Source: Seison nebaliae (taxonomy: Eukaryota). From it: a DNA stretch of 64,000 bases. Below the pieces are notes generated by a model, which was given only the letters and a program-made list of their open reading frames with translations, did not search any database and had not been told where the DNA came from. The stretch covers positions 1 to 64,000 of the forward strand of contig JALJEE010002061.1 of NCBI GenBank assembly GCA_023231475.1, given 5' to 3'. A program made the translations under genes and the position numbers. This document shows, one piece after another, positions 36,649-46,970 of this stretch; position 1 is the first letter of the stretch; every line of letters starts with the position of its first letter.

Positions 36649-38150
36649 TGTGGAAGAAGAACATAATCATCATTAGTGATAATGATAAGTAAAGATGTGT
36701 GTAGAAGATGGATAATAGTTGGATGGATGTAATATAATAATAAATTCGTTCATAATTATTAAAATGACTTGTCGACTCGTTAGAGACAGAACTCATAAGA
36801 TGGAATAACACTTCCGCTTTCTTCCCCCATTCCATACAATAAAATATACTTGAATGAATCTTATCTCCATCAATCATCGTTCGGTTTATCTCGTCGTACG
36901 AGCTGTTACTTATCATTTGGACGAATTGAAGAAAAGAACGATAATAACTCATCTTATTTGGATGGGTGTGTGGTGGGAAGATGAGGCGTAAAAATTTATT
37001 GGAAGAGATATTATGTGATTCGAGAATTTATCACCTGAAATTAATCATGTTCAATTGAGATTGCCGAAGGTGAATGATGATGAATTGAGGAGAAATGAAG
37101 CAAATCCCATTTCTTCCATTGTAATTCGTTTGCTCATTGAAATGGGAGTGATGAGATCGATTTATTTCGAAGTCGGAAGTGAATCGATTGAAAATTTTCC
37201 TCTTTTTGTTTCGTCCATTATACTTTGATTAATTTCTCCATATCGTTATTAATTATGATGTGAGATGGAATATTTTTTACGTGAACTCTCAAATAAATCA
37301 TATTCGCACAAACGACACTCTATCCCACGTATTTAAATAACAATCATATTTATTAGATGATAAATAAAATTGAACTATAAATATTCTCCCCCTTTCCAAA
37401 TATCCTCCACGACACATTGACGAAAAGGAAATGATAGTTAGAATTGTTCATTACTAATGTAATTATTTTCTTAGCCTCTTCAATTCTTTTCTTCTCAACC
37501 AACTTTCTTTCTCAACCGCAATCGATTCTCCTTACCATCTATCTCATTCAACAAATGGATATTATTCTTCTTCTTATTGACTTGAATTTACTTTCTGTGC
37601 ACTAATTCCACAATCGTGCACAACATCAATAATGATAAAAGAACGATGATATATTCAGGTAATATTCAATGAGTGACTTAATAGAAAATGAGATAATTTC
37701 AGTAAATGATTTTCCATCCAAATTGTTTTACAATTATCTATAGGAAATGTTCGAATAAAAAGATTAGAAGAGAATATGTTGTTAGTTAAGAAGAAAAAGA
37801 AAACGATATAATTCTCCTCAAACACTTTTCTTCTTAATTTGGGAAATGGTTCTCTTAATTTTGGAAAGGAGGGATAGATGAAGGCAAAATGATTTTGTGT
37901 CAAGGTGTCCATGCAATTACCATGAATGCTTCTTACACTATTAAGTCACAATAACATCTGTTTCCTGATACGATGAGACTTATTCAATTCTCATTTGAAG
38001 TAGAATTGTCGTTTAAAGGAATGGAATTCACCTCATTTTATTTTCCGTCGAAAAATTTTGTTAATAAAATATTTTGTTGGAGGATGATAGAGAGAGAAAT
38101 ATATAAATTCTTCTGATTGAAAATAAGATGGAAATAAGATAAATTGATGT

Positions 38151-39376
38151 TTACATGAAAAAATTAATATTAATCTCTCGTCCGACGCGACGCTGATTCT
38201 GTGGGACAGCATGGAACAATTTCGCTTCTGGTTCCTCACTTAAGTCTTTAGGAAATTCTAATATTGCTGCCACATTGCCACATCGATAACAATAATTGGG
38301 AGCACTCCAAACCGTCACTAATTTTTTATCGAACATAAATTTGAATCCATCGTTCACAAGTTGATGTGCACGACAAATGAGTTGAATGTTGTTCGAATAA
38401 ATGAATTCATCCACCACATTACTCCCAAACAGCCAACCGGCACCTCTCGGTGATGAATACCAAGTGTTCACTTGAGTTTCGGGATCGGACCACATCAGAT
38501 CACAAAAGGCACCATGATGTGGAATTTCTTGATGTCGTTCGATTAATTGCATTTGATCGATCCATCGAATTTCAGGTGATAGACCACCATGAACACAGAG
38601 TATTTTGTTGTCAATTAATGCAGAAATTGTCATGTAATCAAAGAGATTACAACACAATCTCCAAATACTGGAATTACCATATTTCTGTAGACATTCATCA
38701 TAGAAACCATAAACTTGTGTTGTTTGTCTAGATTCGTGATTGCCTCTCAATAACATTATCCTTCGTGGATATAATGCTTTCAACAACAACAATTGAGTTA
38801 ATGTTTCCAAGGAGAAATAGCCGCGATCGACATAATCGCCCATAAATATATAATTATTATCAGTTGTTCTCATTTCTCCACCTGAAACGAAAAGAAATTT
38901 TCAAAATTTAATTTTGAGAATTAATTTTATTAATTTTCAATTTAAGAATTTTCAAATTAACCCGTTGTGAATAGTTGTTGCAAATCGTAATATTGACCAT
39001 GAATATCTCCGCAAACGATGACTGGTGTGCTCACTAATTGCACATTATCTTCTTGCGACAAAATATTCGTTACATACTCCACAAGTAATTTCATTTTCTT
39101 TTCTGGTAAGAAATGACAATCAAGACACGATTCGTACATCTCACTCAATGGGAGATTGGGAGCAGTGAATTGATGATTCTTCATGAAACATTTCTTCATT
39201 TCTTTCCCAATCGCATTCTCCTTCTCTTCGAAAGTGATTGTGGAGGAACCGGTCACGTCGATTTCTTCTATTTCCAGAATTGTGTTACCGTCCTGGTTAT
39301 TTTTAGTGATGACGCCATTGTCGAATTCTTCTGTTCCTTCCATCATTTGATCACCTCCATCATTCTCTACCATCAT
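38151..39376 (-). CDS. PPP6C: Ser/Thr protein phosphatase 6 catalytic subunit with N-terminal extension; 2 exons (intron 38882-38961)
   Basis: [59 protein letters not shown] are PP6-type signatures. Confidence 0.88.
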
Positions 39377-39893
39377 CTTATTAATATTTATTCGGGCGAT
39401 TAATTTCCGTTTTTGCTCATGAAAATCCTGTTGAAGAATTGTCTTCTTATTTTTCTTTCTCTTCTGAAACAGAAAATGGTCTAACGATAAACAGATTTCG
39501 TTGACATTAATTCGAATGGAGATTTGCTCGCAGGATTTCCCACAATTTACTGATAATTTCTTCTCCCGTCAGAAGAAAGAAGTAATTAATTGATAAGAGG
39601 AATTGATGAACAGGACAGGAAAGAAATGAATTGTTATTAATAAGAATGAATGAAATTGATTATTTTTTATTCTTTTTTTAATAAAACACAATTCCTTTCA
39701 GCTTTCTTTTTCAACGTTCAATCACTCCACAACTCTCACATGTATCCACTCTTTCTTTTATTGAATGAAATGAAAAGGATTTTCATAAAATAAACAAAAT
39801 ATTTCTCTCAAACACACAAACATACTCTCAAATAGCAGCACTTTATTATTATTGTTGTTGTCGTCGTCTAGTCCAAAACTATATTTCTCATGT

Positions 39894-40431
39894 CTAGCAA
39901 GCTCGTTTCACATTTTTATTTCGACATAAATTATTGTTCATATAATAATTGTATTGTTGGAGATGAAGAGACAGATCGACCGATGATTCGCTTTTCATTG
40001 ACGATTGGGCAATCTTCAACTTCTCGAACATATTCGAATATCTCTTACAAATATTTTTTATTTGTTCTAATAATTTCAAAAGAAAAACTCAATTCTGAAA
40101 TTTATGAAAATAAACTTTTTTTACAATTTTGTTGTTGTAATAAATTCTTATATCTGTCCACTTCAACTCTCGGCAACCACAAATTCTTCATCGTCTTCAA
40201 ATAACAATATTTCAATAACTTATTTATCATCCACGCACAATCATTGTTCCGTTTCGACATAAATTTCTTCCCTCTCACGTAAGTTTCGATCAGATTCAAA
40301 TTCGGTTTCACCCGACGATTTCCCGATTCCATAACATTATATATGTGGTGACTGGCTGGATAATTCTCACCATAAATCACTTCCAACATCATCAATATTA
40401 AGATAAAGAATATTTTAAAAAACATGTTCAT
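39894..40431 (-). CDS. Uncharacterised secreted Cys-containing prepropeptide; 2 exons (intron 40067-40115)
   Basis: Signal peptide MNMFFKIFFILILMMLEVIYG; dibasic sites RR, KK, KR; 6 Cys; a 49-nt GTT..AG intron joins two ORFs in frame. Confidence 0.6.
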
Positions 40432-40971
40432 TCTCTTTAATGACTAATAGGACGACTAGAACCTTCTCTCTTACAAGTTGGTTAATTTTGACAACATAAT
40501 AAAACTTCTCAAAAAATAAAAAAAACCTTTTTTTATTACTTTCTTATTCACTACATATATAACTTTTATATGTGGTTCTTCCTTACATTTTGTTAGATGG
40601 TCAATTAATTCTTTCGATGATAAAACTTAATAAATCTAATCGATTATCATTATTGATAGTTTTATAAGAAATTTTATTATTAAGTTGTTTTAACGAAGAA
40701 ATTTTAACCAATTCAATGGACATGATGTCGATAAAGGATAAACAAATTTATGGTTTTTTTCATGATTTCGATTTTCTATCATGAAAGATAGAAAAGAAGA
40801 ACAAAATTTTGTTGGTACTTGAAATTCGTTATTCATGATGATCCCCCTAATTTTAATTAGATGAATATCGATATTCAATTTGATGGAAATTCATGAATTT
40901 AAGAAGATTTAAATAATTATTTTTCAAATTCTAATTTTGAGCTAATACATTTATTCATCACTCATATTACA

Positions 40972-41613
40972 ATGAGATATTTGTTAAATGGGAAAATCAG
41001 GAAAAAGTTCCGAGAACGTAAAATCGATTATAATGATGATTCGATTGACGAAGAAGAATTGAAAGAATTATTGAATGAATCATCAAAATCAATTTTCAAT
41101 TTATTGGATGGAGCTGTAGTTGCAGGAGAGAAAGTCGAATGGAAAAATTGTGAATTGCGTCGTCGACGTCGATGTCGTTTGACGAAATTATTAGAAGAAT
41201 CTGAATACCAACGAATTATTTCCAATGTTAATGTCAATGTCGCATCAGGAAAAAGTCATCATCAAAATCCATTCCAATCCATCAATCAACAAATGATCAC
41301 AATTCTCAACGTTTTTCTCACCATTTTTGGATCTGGATTTTTCGCTTTTCATTTATCCAGATGGATTTTCGAAATTCAAACTTCCATTGCCATTATCGTG
41401 GGATTCATCGTATCATTAATTGTGGCGATGGCCGACATTTATTTCTTATTGAAATATCTCATCAATTCCGAGAATGATCAATTAAAATCGAACAATTCCA
41501 AAATTGTATTAGATGAAATTTATCAAAATGTCAATTATGAAGAACAATGTTGTCGCGAATGTTTAGATTGTGTGAACTATCAAAAACAAATTCATACCCT
41601 TAAATATTTATAA
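40972..41613 (+). CDS. TMEM199: TMEM199/Vma12 V-ATPase assembly factor
   Basis: EYQRIISNV followed by two TM helices (ITILNVFLTIFGSGFFAF; IIVGFIVSLIVAMADIYFLL). True N-terminus uncertain. Confidence 0.75.
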   Translation: MRYLLNGKIRKKFRERKIDYNDDSIDEEELKELLNESSKSIFNLLDGAVVAGEKVEWKNCELRRRRRCRLTKLLEESEYQRIISNVNVNVASGKSHHQNPFQSINQQMITILNVFLTIFGSGFFAFHLSRWIFEIQTSIAIIVGFIVSLIVAMADIYFLLKYLINSENDQLKSNNSKIVLDEIYQNVNYEEQCCRECLDCVNYQKQIHTLKYL

Positions 41614-41763
41614 TTTTCTTTAAATTTTTATTTTTTCATTTTTAAATAATTCCGAGAAAAAATTTCCAACTGAATTTTTTTCATCATAAAAAATTTCAAT
41701 TCCATTTTTTTTTCAATTTCGAAAAAAAAATGATTCCTGATTGATTTGTTTCTATTATCAGAA

Positions 41764-42157
41764 ATGTTTTTTGGGAAGAGTAAATCGGAGGAAACGATCA
41801 GAGAAGAGCAACAATCGGCTGAATTAGAAGCACAAAAAATAGCAGTTAGAAAAATATTTTCTTTTGTTGCGAAATTGTCGTGTAGTTGAAAGATTTTTTT
41901 CGTCAATACAATGAAATAACGAACATTTGTTTCAATGATTGTGTCGATTCGTTTACGAGTCGAGATGTGAAAACGAGTGAAGTTCCAATAATTTTTCGAA
42001 TTGTTAAAATAATTCTCTTCCAAAGAAAAATTGTACAGAGAATTGTTTGGATAAATACCTGAAAATCACTCAACGAATCTCACAACGATTTCAAGAACAT
42101 CAAATGTTGAGGAATGAGAATCAGATAGTAGCGGCAAAAAAAACCGGAATATTTTAA
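41764..42157 (+). CDS. TIMM9: Mitochondrial import small Tim chaperone Tim9; 3 exons, not in the ORF track
   Basis: Introns 41845-41885 and 41982-42025 give LKDFFRQYNEITNICFNDCVDSFTSRDVKTSE|KNCTENCLDKYLKITQRISQRFQEHQ with the twin CX3C motif. Confidence 0.93.
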
Positions 42158-42400
42158 ATAAATCTTTTCATTTTCTTTTCGTTTTTTGTTGTTGGATAAT
42201 TGAAAATAAATTTCTACATTTTGAGATAGACGAATAGTTCATGAATTTTACCTTGAGACTTATCATTGTTGTTTGTTTGAGTCGAATTGTTATGGTAACG
42301 AATTGATCGATTGTATTTGAGAATATGACATTTTCGGACTGAAAGGATTAAAAAAGAATTTTCTTTTAAATAAATTATTCGATTAATTGAAGAAGGAATT

Positions 42401-43598
42401 ATGACGACGACGATATTTGGTGGATCGCCTTCAATTGAGACGAGAAGACAATTCTCCAATATTTCTTCTTCCGCTCAAATTCCAGGGTTCTCCCTATCTA
42501 TTTAGATCTTTCAAACTTGAACTCTTAATTAGATATGCTGCATTTATACCTCAGTTACGATTCCGTCACGGTCATACTTATGCAAATGAAACGGAAAAGA
42601 TATCGAAAGAATATCCCTTAATGAATGGAACATTAGAAAAACAAAGATATCCGGAACCGGATCAATTAATTCGATCGAAAACTTCTATCCTATCAAATAG
42701 GAGACAACAACAATTAAATAATTCATTCAATAAACATGAGAATTCACCGTGGACGATCGATATGAAGAAACATTTGAATCAATCGTCTAAGGCACAATTA
42801 GAGAACTCGTTGAGGAGAATTGAGAATAATCGAATAAATCCAATTAAATTCGAAAGATATTCCCATTCTTTATTACCTGGATATACTGGTTAAAATTCAC
42901 TTATTGATAATCATTTATCTGGAAATTTTATATCAGGATTTATTCCACATAAACAAAAACTATTCGGTGCTACTTTCTCTTCGGAAGGTGATAAGGCTCT
43001 CGAACAATTCTCGTCGGAATGTGAACAGAAAGAAATGAAGAATTCGAGTTTTGATCAATTCAAAGAAAATAATCGGAAAAATATCATCAATAATGATGAT
43101 TTAGTAAAAACATTGAAACATGCCTCACAACCGAAAGCAGCACGTTAAATTTTTTTCGGGAAAATTTTTTAAATTTAATTGAAATTTATTAGCCGATAGG
43201 AAACAAGAAGATGAAGCACCAATTCCGGGTTATGCTGGTTTCATTCCACGAATGAACGTCACTCAAAATTCATTGGGTGTTCGTTTCAAAACAGCGAGTG
43301 AATTGTGTCTTGATGAATTTCGGTTATCATTTTGATTAAAATATGCTTCTAATAATTCTAAATGATAATCCTATCAATTCCAGACCAAGGAATAACAAAT
43401 TAGTTCCATTGACAGGAAATAATATGAGACGTTCAATATCCAAACCGAAAACAGCGATGGAAAGAACAAATGTCATTCCTTTATATACTGGCCACATTCC
43501 GAGTTATTATTTATTTACTAACGAACTAAATTTTTAATATTGGTGAAGATGTTCGCTATCGAATTGGTGAGACATTTGGAAAGACAATCGGAAAATGA
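42401..43598 (+). CDS. FAM166/UPF0605-like ciliary microtubule inner protein; 6 exons
   Basis: Introns 42487-42532, 42889-42936, 43144-43192, 43323-43383, 43503-43548. Repeated motifs IPGYAAFIP, LPGYTGFIP, IPGYAGFIP, IPLYTGHIP..RYRIGETFG. Confidence 0.8.
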
Positions 43599-43913
43599 TG
43601 ATAATTTGAGTGGAAATAAAATTTGAATGTTCTCGATTTTCAAAAGAAATTTCTTTTTTGCATAATCGTTATCAGTTAACAATTCTTATTAAAATCTGAA
43701 ATGCAAATAAATGATTTCTTCAATGTTCACCTTGAAGTTCTTAAGAATAAATTTTTGTGAATCGAATAAAATTTTGGGGGGGGAATGTTATTGTGTTGAT
43801 GAGTAAACAAAGTTCAGATGTCCTTATTCAGACGTTTACATTAAATTAGCAATTTTTTATTGAGAACTAATTTAAAGTGGTAGTGGAGGAAAAATAGTCA
43901 TAAGTGTAGAAAT

Positions 43914-46597
43914 ATGCCACGATCAAATCCCCATAATAGAGGACCGAAATTGTCTAAAGATTATTCCATTGAATCCACATTGGAATTGAATCACCACCAA
44001 CCATATAACACAAGAGAATATAGAGAATCTCATAAACGACATTATACGAATGATACTATGAACAGTAATTTCTCCAATGACTTGTATGTCATCGACCATC
44101 ATGAAGGTTATAGAAATCAAGGATATTCGGAAACATCATTCAATAATCTGCATGAAATTGAGAGTACTGGTAATAATTTCGAGACAATAAAAAACTTTGA
44201 TGAAGACGATGAGAATGAACGTGGAAATTGGGGGAATAAAGCTGATTATTTAATGGCATCGTTGGGTTATGCGGTAGGTTTGGGGAATATCTGGCGATTT
44301 CCATATTTATGTTATAGAAATGGAGGAGGTTTTTCTTTTGATTTATAATTAATTCAATTTAATAATTATTGAAGGAGCGTTTCTTATTCCATATGTCATT
44401 TTTTTATTATTTGTGGGTTTACCAATTTTTTTCTTGGAATCAGTCATTGGCCAATATACGAGTCGAGGTCCCTCTATGTGCTGGGAGATGTCTCCTGCAT
44501 TTCGAGGTATCGGAGTAGCTATGGTTCTTTGTACGTCCATGTTACTTATTTATTACAACGTAATTGTTGGATGGGCATTATATTATTTCGGTTTATCATT
44601 CAATAAAGTTTTACCTTGGAGTGGTTGTGATCCTTCTTGGGCTACTACAAGTTATTTTCATTACGGTTTGTGGCTTTATATGTCCTTTTCATTCAAAGGT
44701 TGTAAAGAAAATTATACGAGAGCGGCATTGTTGTTCAACTGTAGTGATAGTTTTATTTATAAGGAAGTAGATGGGATTTGTCGATTCAATAATAATGACT
44801 CAATTGTCGGTTATACCAATTTGACTGCACTCTTCAAATTCGACCGGCCAACTTATCCATCTGAAGATTTTTTTAAGTTTGATATTTTATTTTTGAATTA
44901 TTATTAAAATTATTATTATTATTTTCTTATAAAATTATTGCAGAAGTTCAGTCTTGAAAATGGATGATACACCAGACGAAATGCACAAATTGAAAGGACT
45001 TGTACCACTTGTTGCGGTTGCATTATTAGCCGCTTGGGTACTCGTATTTTTGGCAATGATTAAAGGAATAAAAGCAGCAGGAAAAGTTGAAAATTTTAAA
45101 GAATTCTATTTTTCTCATTCGTTTCATTAGTTAATTTGGTTCACTGCTTTATTTCCTTATCTGGTTTTGTTGATATTGGGAATTCGGGGATGGTTATTAG
45201 ATGGTGCTGGTGATGGAATTAAATATTTCATTGATCCAAAAGTCGAGAAGTTGACATCTCCGGCAATATGGAACGATGCAGCTGGTCAAATATTCTTTTC
45301 ATTGTCAACTTGTTTTGGCGGTCTAATCGCACTCTCCAGTTACAATAAATTCAACAATAATATGATGAAGTTTTTTTTTTTTAAAATTTGATTTTTTAAC
45401 TCAAATTTTAGAGATGCATTTATTGTTAGTTTCTCCAATTGTCTGACGAGTATTTTTGCCGGATTTGTCTTATTTGCCTATATTGGCCATCTCTCATTTC
45501 TGGCAGATATACCAATCGAACATGTCGTGGCAGACGGTTCAAATTAAATTAAATTGAATTATTTAGTTGAACATTTATTCCTAAATGCAGGTCCTGGATT
45601 AGCGTTCATCGTTTATCCATTTGCTGTTCTCCAAATTCAGCCTCCACAATTATGGTCGGCTATCTTCTTTTTCATGGTCATCCTTTTAGGATTAGATTCA
45701 GTTGTTTAGTAACCAATTTAAATGGTTAATAATAATTAGAAATTTTTTTAGTTCGCACTCTTGGAAACAGTGGTTACTTCAATTAAAGATTTATTCAATA
45801 TACCAAAAAAGCGAATGCCTTTCGTCATAGCTGGATGCTGTACATTTTATTTTCTCTGTGGCCTTTTCCTTACCACCAGAGTTATTTTTTTAATATTTCA
45901 TTTTAATTCTAAATAATTCTTAATTTATTTTGTATTCGAATCGAAAAGACCGGTTTATATGTGTTCGAGATATTGAACGATGCTAGTGGAGGAATTGGAA
46001 CATTAACAATCGGTGTATTCGAAGTAGTCGCAGTTATTTGGGTATATGGTTAAATTGCATATAAAGAAGAAGGTATGTTCAAATTTTTTAAATTTAGGTT
46101 GGTCGAATTTAAAAGCAGATATCGTTCTGATGTTAGGGAAAGGTTATGATACATTCTGGATGCATTGCTGGCATATAATCTGGAGATTTTTTTCACCCGG
46201 TGTTATAATAGTTTGGCAATTGTTCATTTCTATTTCTCCTCAATCTTTCATTCTTTAGGGAACTTTAGCATTCCGTTTTTATTCGTTACCATCGTTGAAA
46301 GTGAATGACTTAGAATTACCTGATTGGGCACTCTATGTTTCTTATACGTTGAGTGGTTTGATTATTTTACCAATCGTTCTCGGAATTTTCATCAGAGTTA
46401 TCACTTATATGAAAAGAAATGGCTTTTCATTTCGAGTTAAATTCTTTTTTTTCGTAAGTAAAATTTATAATAACTAAATTCTCCTAAAGTCATTCCGGGA
46501 AGCATTCCAATACACGGAAAAGTGGGGACCAGCTCACACTGGTAATCGTGACAAAGCATATCATCTCCCAAATATTGTTCCCGCAATCGACTCCTAA
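43914..46597 (+). CDS. SLC6 Na+/Cl- dependent amino-acid transporter, copy A; 12 exons
   Basis: [61 protein letters not shown]. Introns 44329-44374, 44651-44698, 44877-44943, 45086-45130, 45370-45411, 45537-45590, 45704-45751, 45881-45948, 46049-46097, 46211-46258, 46436-46489. Confidence 0.93.
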
Positions 46598-46970
46598 TTA
46601 TAAGGAGAAAAAACTTCTTATTAAATTTTGTATTTCGTCGAGGAATTTATGAATTCTAATTAACTGAATAAATTATACAAATTTCATTTCTTTTCTCCAA
46701 TTCAATGACAAGTGTACTGTTTCCGCAATAATACTTTACAATTTTGTATTAGAATTAGGACTTATCATTCTCATTTGAAGTAGCGAACTGAGAATAATCC
46801 AAATTCTTTTCTTCACTCATTTTCTCACTTCGTTATTAAATCATTTCTTTTTAACGAACATTCTAACGTTTACGTCCTAATGGGAAAAAATAAAGGAAAT
46901 TCTACAGATTTCAACAGTTTCACATTTATTTCTCATTGAAAATTTAATATCGCATTCCAATATTCCATTC

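Noticed and set aside
36441..36952. Minus-strand ORFs including a poly-Met start
   Set aside because: Poly-Met comes from the (CAT)n repeat; composition looks non-coding.
41628..42023. 131-aa minus-strand ORF
   Set aside because: Antisense to the spliced TIM9 gene, which has clear homology.
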